This document shows positions 34,954 to 49,900 of a stretch of 64,000 bases of DNA, piece by piece. Every line of letters begins with the position of its first letter. Position 1 is the stretch's first letter. Below the pieces are notes generated by a model, which worked only from the letters and a program-made list of their open reading frames with translations, searched no databases and was not told the origin of the DNA. Position numbers and translations under genes: made by a program. Source of the stretch: Laetmonice hystrix (Eukaryota); NCBI GenBank assembly GCA_965235115.1, contig OZ249437.1, positions 51,088,001 through 51,152,000 of the forward strand, written 5' to 3'.

Positions 34954-37900
34954 GTAAGTATACCGTCACTTCTACGTCGTGTCGTATCTAAAGAAGTTTT
35001 AAAACTTTGTCTGTCTGATAGCTGTTATAATACAATGTATGAATATTCAAGCAAACGATAATTTAATTTCAATAGTACATGGTATATTTTACCGTCTGTT
35101 TGAGTAGGTAGTTTGATGAGAATAAATCAATGTGAAAACCGCACATCGTCAATCGTCGATTTACTTAAATTGCGGCGTTCTCGCTGTTTGCGTGCTGCAG
35201 AATTATTCAAAGGATAATGCTACCAAATACCCACTTTGATCCCTTAATTAATATTGGCCTAACCTCTTTTAAGTTAGACTAGCTTCCTCTCTATATTAAT
35301 AGTTGGAAGCAATTAATGATTGGTCATCTCGAGTGAATGTGTATACATGCACATGAACATCTCAGGTTTCGTCGCCATTTAACTAGAAATGGTCTCCGAT
35401 GTATCCCACCCAATCGTTTCCAGCGTGGATATCGTGATATATTGAAAACTTCCTATTGTCTGGAGAGGAAGGCATTGATTAACTGTAGTTAGGATGCCAG
35501 TATCTGTAACAAAGGCTTGTATAGGAATCCGTCAATGTGACGTAGTCGAATACACCAGCCGTGCATGTAACCATGGCGCCAGGAGTCTTGGCGTTGGACA
35601 ACGCGTAGTATTACTGGCAGACGACAAGGCTTGCTGTCGGTGAAAGGTCACCGACACAGCTAACCGCACTGTTATGCCCGCAACGGATTCAAAATTGGAA
35701 ACTGCATCCAAGAAATCGACTTTGGCTAAACTTCTATTTACAACCTATCGACTTTGTGAAAAGATGGTCACGCGGCAGGCACTGGATGAGTTTTCGTCGA
35801 ATCTCTCATTTTGCCGCGCCGGCTTCCCGCGTCGATATACAATGATGGCTTATGTCAGTATTCTGCATTTCGCCCATAAACAAGATATCTTATATAACCT
35901 GTCGGTTGGAAGATCTTGCAGCTTGTAATTAACTTTTTATCGTAGTTACCAAGGGAACTATATTGACGTCTTTCCAACCACGTGGGCCTACTGCTTTTAT
36001 CTCTAACTCTACCAAGAGCTCGCTTCAAAATGCGTTTCTACGGCAGCGCACTCTTAGTATTCTGGGCCGTCTACTGATAGCCGCTGATAACGTTGACGTG
36101 TAGGCAATTGCAACGGGTAGCTGTGGCTGTGAGGTAGCCTCCTGCTATTGCGGAGTTCATGCTTAAATCATGGCATCTCAATGGTTTTCTCGAGACAACA
36201 TTACCTTACGAACAATGTAGGAGGCGTAGAGCCCTCCTCTTATGAAACAAATAATCTGCCAGACTTTGCGGCGAGAACCAATTACCGTATGCTAATAGGA
36301 CAATAATATGCAATAAACCATAAAACCTTGTTCCATTTATTTATCTTTTCCCAGGCTATTGCTTGTCAGGCGACACCCTGCCGGATATCTGTGCTCAGAT
36401 TCGCGTGGAAGCTATCTTGTATACGCTCGTGCGAGGTAAGTGATATAGAATGCATCAGTTATCGAAGCATGAATGAATGATTTAAGAAACAGCTCATGTT
36501 ACATACAGGCTGCGTTGAAGCGTTAACAGGCTGAACGCATTATCACTACACAATCGGAGAGGCAGAAAATAAATTTACTCTATACATTATAGAATAAAGT
36601 CACACCCTGCATCGCCTAAAAGGAGTGGATGGATTATAAATGACGTAACATCTCTCAAGAGAGCTTCTCATGCGATAGCGTTCATGAATATTTTAACTTA
36701 TGATTGATAAGGTGCTGATATAACAAAATCACTTCAAAGCTCGGACGGAGCCATGATTTGGTAAACAGGAATTGCGTGGTAAAATGTTGAAAGTAGTCAT
36801 TTTAATTTTTTTGTCGCTTTGTTATTAGGAGATGTCATTAAAAGTGGATGATAAAACGAATAAAAGAAATCACGATTATTAGTTTGCATGGGAAATTGCG
36901 ATATTTTCTGAATAGGCTTTTTATTCTGTTTACTGGCGATGGGATGACTTGTTCTCAAAATTATGGTGCAAAATGTAAATTTCTTTTCGTTTAAAAGTGG
37001 AGAAACGTCATGAGGCACTATTAATTTCGCATCGTCCCTTCTGTACAACTACTATCCGCCGATATTGTGTGAATACTTGAAATAGAACAAAATGTTTTTT
37101 TCCAATACATCTTTAAGAGCTGTGTTACCAAGTAATATATTCGGACTCTGTGATCATCAGTCATTTTACAAATGTTGCTCCGATACGTGTTTCCCATTTA
37201 GGCTATTAGTAGAGCAATACAGCGACGTTATTCAACTCCGCTTGAAGTAGAATTTAAAAAAAAAGAGAATTAAACTACTTAGCTCACTTCAAGGCTGGCA
37301 GGGGATATAGAGACGAATGTATATGTGATACTTGGCCATGTAATGGGAGGAGACAGAAATGAAAGTATTGTTGATCTAATTCAATCAGATATCCCTCGGT
37401 TGACTTCTCATTGCATGATCTGAATCATTAAGGCAATAATGATAGATTTACATGGGACGTTAAAAAAAACGTAATAACAGAACCGGGATGTTTTTTTTCG
37501 TTCTTTAATGCGTGAAGGAAATATTAATGGAGGTAAAACTGAGAGTTATAGATTTGGGGTTTTTTTTCCTCTCCATACCCCGGACGTCTGTGTCTGAGCG
37601 TCGCCTTTTCTCTATCGCCCCGGGGGTAATCGTATGTCGGTGTGGGTGGGTGGAATGTATGAGATAACCTCTGTGTAAAATTGGGTGTGGAGTCTGTGTC
37701 ACCGAGTCTATCCGTGCCTGGCCGTCGGGAGATTTATGGCGAACAGGCCTTACACTTGTCACCATCTTGACTGCAGGATTCCCATGTCTCTTCTCGCTAT
37801 CGGTTATAGGGTGATTAGATTATGATCTGTGTTTCCCGCCAGTCTTGTTTATGTTGACCTATTTCCTGCACCTTTAGGATTAGGTTATATTAGGAGAACA

Positions 37901-40900
37901 TAATTTGAATTATATAATATTATATTTTGTAAAAAGTTCAGTTAAAACAGTTCAGTAAGGACAAAATTTAGATGTTGTAGGTCAAGCGAATCATGAATTC
38001 TACTATACGTATTCGGGTTCTGCAACTTGCAATAATTAGAATCCTTTTATGAAGAAGTCAGAATGGAATACAACGCCGTTCAGATATTAATGTGTTTTCT
38101 AGCATTAAGTATTTAATTAAAATCTTTCGCTTGGTTAGCCTGAAGGGCAAGAAAACCAAGTCCCAGCGCCTCATAAGGGTTTTTGCCTATATAAAGTTTG
38201 CATTTACGTAATTCACAATGTGTAGGCTGAAAAAAAAATAAAAAATTAAATTAAATTTAAAAAAATCTTAGGCTGCTTTTTACCTGTGACACGGTGTGCG
38301 GAAAGCGGTAAAGACGTCTGATTTTTCCAAGCTGTTTCCGTATCCGTTTAGATTTTACCTGCACAGTATATTCTGTAACATCGACGTTGTTAATCATGAA
38401 GTTATATTTTTGTTCCTGATACCGTAATTACCGTATAAGTCCGTACACAGCATTGCGTGCTCGGCATTCCGCATACCGTATACAGGAAATCGCAGCTTTA
38501 GCTTCAGTGAAACCCGCACCTCGGTCAAGCTGACAGAAAACTTGGTAGGTGGATGACCTTCTGCTAAGGTCAGCTCGGATAAAGGGAATTCCAGAGAGGG
38601 ACGGCAGGGTTACACTCATCTATAGATCTCCACATCTGACATATACATCTCCCTCATGAGTGACATTGTATGTCGGGAAAAAATCGCAATCTCTTTGAGG
38701 ATGGGTAAAATGCCAGACTCTGTGTCGTTCATAGGCCGCAGGAACATATCGTATGGGGATCGTACTTTATGAATTTTTAAAACCAGTAAATCAATATAAA
38801 AATGGAATGCAAAACAATTTGGAAAGGATATGACAAAATACATAATACAAGTGTGTATGTGTTCACGTTACACCCCATCCGTGGACGTGACCCATCGACC
38901 AGCGGGCCGACCCATTGGCGGACCCATGGATGGGTCGCCGCATCGGTGACCCCTCGGCTGATGAGTCTATTGTATTGAAGCATTGCCGCTTGCAAATACA
39001 TAGAGTTTCAAGTAAATCTGTAAAATTAATATGCAAACATAACTACCTCACGGTATGCTGTAATACTAGTCTTCTATACTATGCAACAATCATAATGAAG
39101 TTAACCATTTAATAGTTATTAAAAGTTTACAAGAGTGGAAATATTGAGCAGTACGTTACACGTGATATATTAGCACTCATTCCATCCCTCATGACGGTAA
39201 GACGTCGATAAAACACACCTCGGCTCCTTGGAGAACGAATGAATCTATGCAGTGAACAGGGCAGTGTAGCCTCCCATGTATCTCACTCTAACCCGTGATT
39301 CATAGTTTTATGCGCTGGTCTTACTCGGCTTGGCACATCTTTGACAGGATGGAATAAATTTTCCAAAAAGCATGGCTTCACGCCAACTAAATTCCGTGTC
39401 CATCAAATCTTGTTTTATGTAAATGACATTCTATATCGTTATCCCCAAATCTTCCTACCTACCTCGTTGTTATATCCAGCGCCAGTTTTAGTCGATGTTT
39501 GTGGCAGGAATAGGAATTATTGAGACTGATATAATTTAGTGAGGCGTTTTGTGCGTGGCGTGGATGGCCTGACATGGCCTGGCAACCTAGAACGTCGAAA
39601 CTTGGAGGTGTTCGCCTGTTGTACAACAGATCTGTCGGTATACTTTTTAATATTATGTGGGTCAAAAATAGCGTCACTTGGCGTCGCGTGTCCTTAAAGT
39701 AATGAATAATATTACCAACTATGTTTTGTCAATTATCCATGCCTAGAATGGAATTTCGGAGTGGTTGCTGGGAAAGAAAATGTTTTATAAAAATTCTGAA
39801 CGCTTGGAAGTGCTGAAACCTGTGTACTGGCTTTTCTTTGCGTGTGTCTGAAATATAAGGATATTTCGAGGATTAAATGGTATTCTGCTGAAGAATTGTG
39901 AGACATTTGATTCTTTTTAATGTCAGCATTTTTATGTTAATGTTTGATGTAAAAATCTTAGCGCTAGCTCCATATTCATCCAATGTTTGGAAAGTGGGTT
40001 ATTATACAGATCCAGCGTCAGACAATCGTGTGAAGGGCCATTATATAGGAATGTCAGTGGTAGAAGGAATAACTCGCGTGACAAATATATGTATTGATTC
40101 ATTATTTGAGAAACATAAAAAAAATATTGATAGAGGGAGCAGTAGCGATAAAATCAGAATGTGTGAGAAATGAATCAGTGATTCTATTGAGACGCCATGG
40201 TTGTTTTTCAACCGTTTCGCACAGGAATCATTACATTTCGTGGCTTCGTATGTTCTGGCTGAATGTGTGAAACATAACGGAGTCTGCTTCACTTGTCTTG
40301 TCGAGTCGGAGGCGGTGCTCTCTAAAGGACCTTTGTATTCTGTTCCGTCCCACCATCCTTATGTTGTCTCAGAGGCTCTCTGGCACCAACAGTCGTAGAT
40401 GTGCGATTTCACATCTAGAACCAATATTTTTAAGAAGATATCGATTTCCATCCATAACAGTCTAAGCCCCAATTGTTATTAACTATTGAAACGCAATTTG
40501 ATGAACGTGAAAGGAAGCTGAAAGTGTTCGACACTGTACAATAAAGGTAAACTGTAGCTAAGCTTAAACCGGAATCTGTGGCGAAATTTGGCGAATAAAA
40601 TGTCCTGGCTGTTTTAATAGAGTATAATTTACAGTGTAGTAATACTAATCCTACCTGGTACAACATGCACCGTATGTATCTAACTAGCGGCATGCTGGGT
40701 GCGAATGTTTCAGAAGGAAGTGTCCCAGTTCGATGTCCCTTCCAAAACGCCTTCCACTTCAGTTACAACAACAACACAGGTGGATTCTGTCGGAGCCCAA
40801 TGTCTTACGTCCACGCATGCGCAAGCGATGCCAGGTTCCGGTTCAAGTACAGACATTGTGACGATGCCGCCTACACGTATGATCAAGGTATGTATAATGT

Positions 40901-43900
40901 ATAATGTAATACAGGGCAGTGCTTGTAATGTTTTCTAAATGACCAAACCATTACCGTTCAGGAAATGTGGCTATTCTGTACGTCCTGTTTGAAGCTGTTG
41001 AAGTCGAGGACTTTGCCATCGTATACATGTATGCTTATGACATGTGACAATTGATGTGAAAAGTATATTGGAACATGCATTGTAGTAGGAAGGTCAGTAA
41101 TAATGGATGAATGAGGAAATGGCATTTTGTATGACAGAATCTCTTATTTTGGACGAAGAGTAGAAAAACACGCTAGCGACTTTGTCGATTAAACATTCTC
41201 GGTGACTGTCATTGTGCCTGAACAATCGAGCCAGATTGATGGACCCGCTGCTCTCTACATAGGAGTTGGTAATTGAACTTGGTACATGAGGAAGGCATCT
41301 TATCGCATTGGCTAGACAGGCAATTTTACTCGGCTTCCTCCGGACTATAGGTGGGCCCTAAAATGCATTCTGGCTAAATATATGTGATGCCACACTATAG
41401 AAATAAACAGGTGGCTGGACATTCCGGCCGTGTTACAAAGACCGAATGAAAATAAGAGACAGACAGAAGACAAGGTTAAGCGTTGCTAAGCTCTTCGGAT
41501 GTAAAGCGCTAAGCTGAGCTGTCGGGGCGATACTATAAGGAATGGGCGGCACGAACGCAAAGAAGGAAGGAACATTCGGTTGGAAGCAATATCGAAGCTT
41601 CCAGTGGCTTCACTTTCATGTGACAAACCGGGCCAGATCTATATAGGGCGCCAAGGGGAAGGCAGACAGACAATTCACGTCGACCACGTACGTTCGAAAA
41701 AGGACTGTGGAGGCAACTGTCCAAGTGCTGTCCAAGGCGGGCGTCGTTGTCGAAGACAAGGCTCAGTAAATAAGAGAACGTCAATGTTATTTATCTGTGA
41801 ACTGGAGACCGTAGATGTTGACCTATAGTTAAAGGGCGAACGGTCTGGCAGGAGTTGACTTCCACGAGACACGAGTTGGTGCAATTAGCTCTCTGGAACA
41901 ACCTACAAATCACATAAATCTTATCAGTACATAATATCACATTATAATCTTTGTGTATTGTGTATTGTGTCCCATTTTATATCACATACTTGATAAAGAT
42001 AGGCAATGAACACAGTTACACTGTGCCATCCAGAACCCCTGCTTTGATCGACCCTTCCACTTCCTCTCATCATGATTCGAAAGCAGGCTGTAAGTTTTGA
42101 ATAAAGGATTATGGTGAGCAGGTCGGTACATTAAGAGTGTTTTATCGTACTCAGGAGGTTGACAGTAGTGGAGAGCCATTACTAGCAAGGATCGTAATAC
42201 TTTCGATCATTCTCATCAATAGTGCATAGTTATGATATGCCGTCCCACTCAGTGAATGACAGAAACACGGAGATGTAGGCGGGGGTCGTGATTTATGCTG
42301 GACATGATATTCGGATTGGAGTCCCTCTCTGTGGTGTAATTCATGGCAGGAACTGATGGCTACAGGGGACATCGATATGCACCGTAAGATTTAGGTGGAC
42401 GTCTCTGGATGGCTTTGCACGCAAATACCACGGAAACCTGGCCCAATTGGCCAACACTTGTCTCTGATGATTGGTTAACTGAGACAATGAAACCTTTGTA
42501 TGGCAAACATTTCCTCCCTTCCCCGCCCTCGGAGCCCTGGCGGGATGGGGTGCTGAAGGGTCATTCAAATACGTCCATACACTGTGAAGCTGTTAACATT
42601 CGTTCCAGTGCGGAGGCGGTTTTCGTTTTATTTGGACATGTGCCAAGATATGATGAATCACACCATCCTGGCTGGACTTTGTTGTACCCAAATGAACAAC
42701 TTCCATCGAAAAAAACTACAGTTGAAAGATTTGTATAGTTGGCGGTTTATCCACTTTAAGGCGCTCTGCCTCTAAAACATTGATTGTATTCTTGAGCCCC
42801 CCTCTGTTCTGTGTATTATCAAAGCTGCCAGACGGTACACAACTGGTGCTGGTAATTAAAGTAAGGAGTCGTTTACCATCGCCGCTTCTCCCAGCAACAC
42901 ATTATAGAGAACCAAATCGTGGATCCGATCATTAGGTGGGTTAAAAAAATGGAAGGAAAAACGGGAGATACACCGCACGCTCATTATAAGGACAGTGTCC
43001 CGTGTCCAGGGTGCCTGTCACCGAGCAGTGTCCGGTACTGCCGCGGTACAACTCGGCTGTAAGGACAGTGTCGGGGTGCCAGTCACCGAGCAGTGTCCGG
43101 TACTGCCGCGGTACAACTCGGCTGTAAGGACAGTGTCCCATGTCCAGGGTGCCAGTCACCGAGCAGTGTCCGGTACTGCCGCGGTACAACTCGGCTGTAA
43201 GGACAGTGTCGGGGTGCCAGTCACCGAGCAGTGTCCGGAACTGCCGCGGTACAACTCGGCTGTAAGGACAGTGTCCGGAGTGCCACACACAGTGCCCGAC
43301 ACTGCCGCGGTACAACTCGGCTATAAGGACAGTGTCCGGGGTGCCAGTCCCCGAGCAGTGTCCGGTACTGCCGCGGTACAACTCGGCTGTAAGGACAGTG
43401 TCGTGTCACACACACACAGTGTCCGACACTGCCGCGGTACAACTCGGCTGTAAGGACAGTGTCGTGTCACACACACAGTGTCCGACACTGCCGTGGTACA
43501 ACTCGGCTGTAAGGACAGTGTCGTGTCACACACACAGTGTCCGACACTGCCGTGGTACAACTCGGCTGTAAGGACAGTGTCGTGTCACACACACAGTGTC
43601 CGACACTGCCGTGGTACAACTCGGCTGTAAGGACAGTGTCGTGTCACACACACAGTGTCCGACACTGCCGTGGTACAACTGCTGCGACGTGCTGCCGACC
43701 GTGTCGGTATGGAGAGGAGTGAGGGTATGGATCGTGAGGGTTGTGAATGATTGTTTCGGATCCCCTCAATACTACCAGTACCACCCCCTTTCAGCACCCC
43801 TACCCCTGGCTGTGATGGATGATACGGGATAGTGGCCCGGATCGGCACCACCATGTACACGAGCTGTCCTATTCATCATTCCATACCACTTACTTCTCCA

Positions 43901-46900
43901 TTTCAATGGTGATGTAACGCTATTCTCACAATCCAATCCCCTCCGTTCCTCTCCGATTTGCCTCACTTATGCATAATTCACCGTTCCTCTAGAAAGCCCC
44001 AGAGGCATCCCATATCGTGACACAAAGAATTCGTAGGAAATCATATTTCTTTCAAATTACACTGTGCTGCAAGAATATCGCCGATGGACGTTGTAGCCCT
44101 CTGGCTTTAGAACGGGTAACAATTGCAATGAAGCCGACGACAATTTTCTTAGGGGTTGCAGTCCAGAGTGGGGGCGGGAGTATTGAGAGCGTTCCATGTC
44201 GTTTCCTTGATTGAAAAGCAGACGACAGTTTCCATCATGCTCATTGGGTTGGTTCAGCGGAACCCATTCCTATGCCAACCTACATATGGCTTCGGTTTCT
44301 AATTAGGTCTACCCTTAAAAAACACTAATTTCTATCCAGTATCGTAGATAAATTAATGGGTCTTGAAAGAAAGAAAGAAAGAAAGAAAGAAACAAAAAAT
44401 AGTCATAAACGGAAATGAATGACACGTTTTTCTTCCAATTTCAACGACTAAGAACGATGGGAACGTGAGAAAATTTTAAATGGATTGAGTACCTCAGAGT
44501 ACCCCACTATATAAATTATACGCTAAGTTGACTGTTGGCTCTAATGAAATAGTTCGTAATAGCTGTTATATTAAAAACAGTAAAATTTACTTGATAAAGA
44601 TATAACGTAATTTTCGGCAAGTTCAAAATGAGTGTCCCGTCAAACAATGACTGCATCCACCGAGTCGAAGCCATCAGCACGGACCACTCAGCGGCGACCT
44701 TTTCCGTGGCCGGAAGTCGGGGAAAGCAATCGGGAGGACCTCCAGGGTTAACAGGAAGTCGACAGTTTGGCGGGAAACCTCTCCAACCAGCCTCCATCAC
44801 ATTATGACCACATAACGACGTTTCTAATCGATGCCATAGGAGTAAAGCATTGGCCATTATTAGTGCGATCACACGAGACAGCATTACATTTCGCCTAGCT
44901 CCGTTTTGAGGCCACCCATAATGCAGGAGGACATCTATATTGTTCATCTGAAGACCACAAAATCCACCCATTGTGTGCGTGCCTCAATCATCGGGCTTAT
45001 TTAATTGTGACTTCTATTATTGGCCCGATGAGTACACCAATGGAGGGCCACCAAATCGAATCCGTCGTCTGTATTTTCGCCCGATGAAGCGAAGTGAGAG
45101 GACCCCTGTTATTGGCTGCGTCGTAGTGAGTTGGGCGCTGAGGAGCGGGGCCGTCGCAATTTGACAGGTCATTGCGACGCCATGTGTAAACATAGAGCAC
45201 TCGGTGACACGATCTAGGACGCCAGTCTTCCTGTTAACCGTGTCTTCACATTCCAGCGACTTTCTTTAAGGGATCCGAATTAACCCGAAAGCCGTTGACC
45301 CAGTTATCAAAACATAAATCCAAGCCTAAGGGGCGACCTTCGCCGGCAGAAGTATTGATTTGCCCTAAGAGCTTCGCTTAGTATCCTTCCGATGAGAACT
45401 CCTTGGAGGAGCGTAAATGGAGGTTCGACTGGATCACCGTGAGTAATAATCTTCGAGAAGTTGTTGGAAACTATAGAAACGTCACGAGGTCATGGCCTCC
45501 GTTAATAGGTAACCCACAATGCATGAGCGCGTGGTCGGTGCACAAGAATTGATTTGCGGTTGGCCACAGAAGGACAAAGAGGGTGTCCATCCCCCATTCC
45601 TTACTAACTTCATAACCCGCTCCCTTCCGCACGAAAGTACCTCACGGGGACAGGATGAATTTAATTCCCGAATGTACGTATTGCATGCAGTAAGTGACTT
45701 GCTACAGCCCAGGTACCTTGGAAAATAGAAATTCTTTTCGCATAATGTTTTGTGGAGAGAATCACCATGCTAACCATGTATAACAATTTATTGATATCAC
45801 TTGCGTGAGTAATATCTTCATGCTGAAACGGCTACATCCGTATGTGTGAGCGACAAAATTAAATATATAGGCCTAAATCTATTCCATAAAGCTTGAGACA
45901 ACCAATCCTCACATAATAAATAATAGCAGATAAAACTTTGACATAGGTTTAACGTTCATATCGCTGCAGCAGTTGCAGTTGCATGGTCTTTCTCTGACTG
46001 GTGTGGAGTGCGAAATGGATGAGTCACACAGGAAGTCCATGCACTTCTGAGGGAACCTGAAAACTTTCTCTGTGAATATCCATTCTCTACTGAATGTAGT
46101 CAAAGACATTGACTGTTCCGCACTGATAGAAAGAACTCCCCCCTCCCCCTTCACACAGACATCCGCTTCATCTAATGAGAAACACAGACCGATGACGACT
46201 TGCTTCAAAGTCGTGCGAAACTATCAATGCACATCCAGAGCGAGCAATCTTGGAAATTGGCACAGAAGATGGGCGAGTCAATCCTGTGTCGAGTGTGTGT
46301 TATGTAGGTCCTTGCGACTGTTGCCGTTCGCCAACCGACCGGCTTGCTCTGTGAAGTGACTGGCTGACTGACAGCCACAGGCCTCTGTAACCGTGTATGC
46401 CTAATTAACCGCTATCACTGTCGCCTACTTGATCGACAGCCGAGGTTCGCCCAACGCCTCCCTGCTTGCCGGGATGCTCCAGCCATCTGGATGCTCATAC
46501 ATTTGGGTCTCCCGAGTGAAGTTATGCATTAAGGCGTGCAAGTGAGTAGAAAAAAGGGGCGGTATAGAGAGCAGCCGTGGACAGGACCAGCTAAACCTAC
46601 GCTCAATCGGCGCCTGACCTGAGCCGCTCTGGCTTCACGACTTCTACAGGATGTCTACAGTGACCAAATCCCACATTCATGGCCACAGCCAAGTCTCTGT
46701 ATGATAGTAAGTTTCAACTCAACTCAACTCAACTCCAGCCAGCCAGTTCAGCATTCAGAACCGCCTCGCCCAACGCGACTCCATTCAACTGGCCCAAACT
46801 GGCTCTGAATAGGGGGTTCAATGTCTAAAGTATACAGTTGAGTCGGGTTAAGATGAGTCGGGTCGGTAAATGTGGATGGCCGGCTTAACATTACTCAAAC

Positions 46901-49900
46901 ACTACCTGTTCATACGACATAAAACAGACCTACACATTCAGATGCTGAAACAACATTATCTGACAACGAGTAAAGGTTTCTAGTCTTATTCTTGTATTTA
47001 GACAGGGCTCTGACTAAATGACCTCGAATGATCCTATTGGCCTGCTTAGATCCTCTCATCTTTTCTACAGCAAATGAATTACTGTGGACGGGAGTCTGTA
47101 AACCGTGGTTCAGACCTAAGCACCCCCTGATCCCCTGTTGGCAGATTCCTAATTGGACGAACCGGACATCTGTGGCTTCCTGACAAATTTAGGACCAGGA
47201 CAAGGCGAAAAATCCAAAGGAAAACATTACAAAAACGACGCTGTTGTCTGTAACCACCCAAGACGCTAACTTTGGGTGGGTTAACTCCAATAAAACAGAA
47301 TGTTATTGTAAGTGAACCTGGAGGTTCTTGTTGCATCAGTGAACAATGTCTCCTCTTTATCGAATCTGAAAAGGTCGTGCAAGAGACCGACACCATCTAG
47401 TCGCCCCGAGGTCCCTGGAAATATATGGTCTCTGGCAGGAAGTTACGTCCAACTAATGACACGGAACAGGCACTGTCCTGGTTGGTTAACGGCAACCCCC
47501 CGTGGATCGCAACCTGTGAACCCCACACGACAGTGCTCTGACACTATTTGTCCTTTGTTTCCTCGGTAATGACACTGCAATAATAACCAACACGACACTT
47601 TGCCGTGGACGTCACCGATAACGCGACTCTACAGGTCACGTGATCACCAAAAGACACCTCCCCCCACCACGTCATCCACCTTGCAACTGATACCGAAAGG
47701 AAAGGGCTTCGATTCGACAAGACATTAATTCTCCATGCCAGCGAAGTTTGATAAGAGTTAATAAGATCCACGCCAATATATCAAGTGTGATGACCGCCAA
47801 ACCCGAGGCAGGAGCGATGGCGGGAGCGTTCGTGTGACAGAAGTCGACACAAATCGTTGCAGAAGCCGCCAGAGCCTCGCCGTCACTGTCACTAGGCGTG
47901 GTGTTATCAGCTTGCCGAGGTCACCACCGGTCGACCACCGACTGCTCCCTGCCAGCCAGCGCCACCTAGCGTCGAATTGGACCGGACTTTAAATCTTCAG
48001 TCCATCAAGTAGTGTTTTATAGGTGGATCTTATTGGATTCGCACCAGACATCTAAGAAGGGAGTTTGCTGACTGAAGCACGCCTACAATTTTCATGCATC
48101 GATGGATGGAACTTATATTGGTCCCGAAGTGAAAGAAAGAAGGTACAGCTGGTAAAGGAGGAAGCCTTATACTCTACACAAGATGTTGACGATAATGAGG
48201 TTTGGAATGGAACGTTACAGAATGAAAATCCTAACCTCATGGAGAGAACGGTTTTCTCAGTGTTTATCTGAGGTTGCCTACATTGAATATTAACTTTGCT
48301 GTAATTATTATGGCAATGTAAAATAGTAATTGATAATTATGATAATATAGACAAATTGCCTTATAATTGTTAATAAATATTTCAGTATTGGGCAAATTAT
48401 TGGAGAAATGATAGCACGAAGACGAATGAACGATAGAAATGACATGGTTCCTACGTTGTATTATTAATTTAGAACAATGAGTTCTGTCTCATGCATTTCA
48501 GTAATATTGCTAACACATTTTCGTGTCGAAGCACAAGGATAAAGATGGGGATAAAGGAGTATTATTTGTCCATAACACTTCCGTTAGTGAATGCTGATGA
48601 ATACTTAATGTTCTAGAAGTATGGAAATGTGCCTCATTGCAATTTGCGGCACGATATATGGCACACCACCTAGAGTGTGCATGGCGACGCTCCGTTCTGA
48701 GAGAGATTGAGAGAGAGAGTGGATTTATTCTGTCGGAGACCCGTACAGTCGGACGTACGGATGTACATTGACGGAACCCGGATGGGAGTTATAAAGCACG
48801 TTTGGGTGGAGATAACGCAGGAGCTGATGAGACGCCGTGAGTCGACTTAGTGATTCACGCAGCCACTGATCACATGAAAGGTCAATATTAAGTCGAGGTA
48901 TTATTGCGATAACTACCTTAAGGCACCTGGCGTCCATTATCGGCGTAAGGTCGGGGGGATAGTGGAGTCCGGGGGGAGGCTCGGCGTGTTTACGCCACGA
49001 ACACCTGTGGACCCATGCAGTATGCATGGTCGGAGGACGCGCAGTAAAAAAGTGGGGACAAAATCAAATATTGATGAATTGATTACGGTCTTAGCGGTTA
49101 GATTTACAAAGGAGCAAACTCTTTTTTTAAGGACCCGCTTGTTTAATTTGTTGGTTCTCTTTTACAGAAATGATTGAACGCCATAAAAGCTAGAACGCCT
49201 TGAGAAAGTTTAATTTAGTCGTGATTTGTATTAATTGCATATTTTATCCTTTGCAGTTGTGACGTTCGAGTGCATCGCCACGTGGAAAGATGGCTCGGAC
49301 ATGTTCATGTACGGAGGATTCCGGGCTCACGAACTGACACAAAAAGATGACATATATAGGTGTTTTGTAAGTAAATACATTCTCAAAACTGCTTCTGTTT
49401 CATTAGCGAATTTCCGTCCCGTCACGAATTTTCTATCGATACGAAAAACGCCTTTGCCTTCTTTACATGTTGTAATTTCAACCGTTCTACCTTTAACAAC
49501 AGATCCAGAAACTCATTTTTGACTTTTGAATTTATTGACTTTCATATATAGCGAGCAATCTAACCCGGTAAGCCGAAGAGCCAGTATCAAACTACACCCA
49601 ATATAGAATTGACACAAACTAATCCCCGCTCCCAACGCTCCCAATCTAATCGGTCTTATGTGGACGTCTGTGCACTATTTCGAATATCTGCGTCTGGTAG
49701 CGATTCAATTACAAATTGTTGTCCTCCGACTGCCGGTCCCAAGTCTACATTGTGGCGTGCAACGTCTTCGTGAAGGCAAACTTGAACTGTGTTCTAATCA
49801 TTGCCGTAACTGGAGGCGCTGATAAAGCCCCCTTATCCCCATGTGGATCGACGCACTTTAATACGGTCGCTCCAATGTCAGTGTTGTCTATAGATGTGTC

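Noticed and set aside
34918-36380. Kinase-like reading of HRNIIQYKES..YC (cf. HPNIVQYKESF)
   Set aside because: No other kinase motif (GxGxxG, HRD, DFG) is present. The segment is explained by the Cys-rich module and its paralogue RRHERVLEIYE.
42988-43680. CRISPR interpretation of the constant/variable array
   Set aside because: The variable blocks are homologous to each other (two types plus hybrids), not unique spacers.
48065-48271. QFSCIDGWNLY as a sushi/CCP domain fragment
   Set aside because: A single short motif; the other CCP Cys and Trp residues and splice signals are missing.
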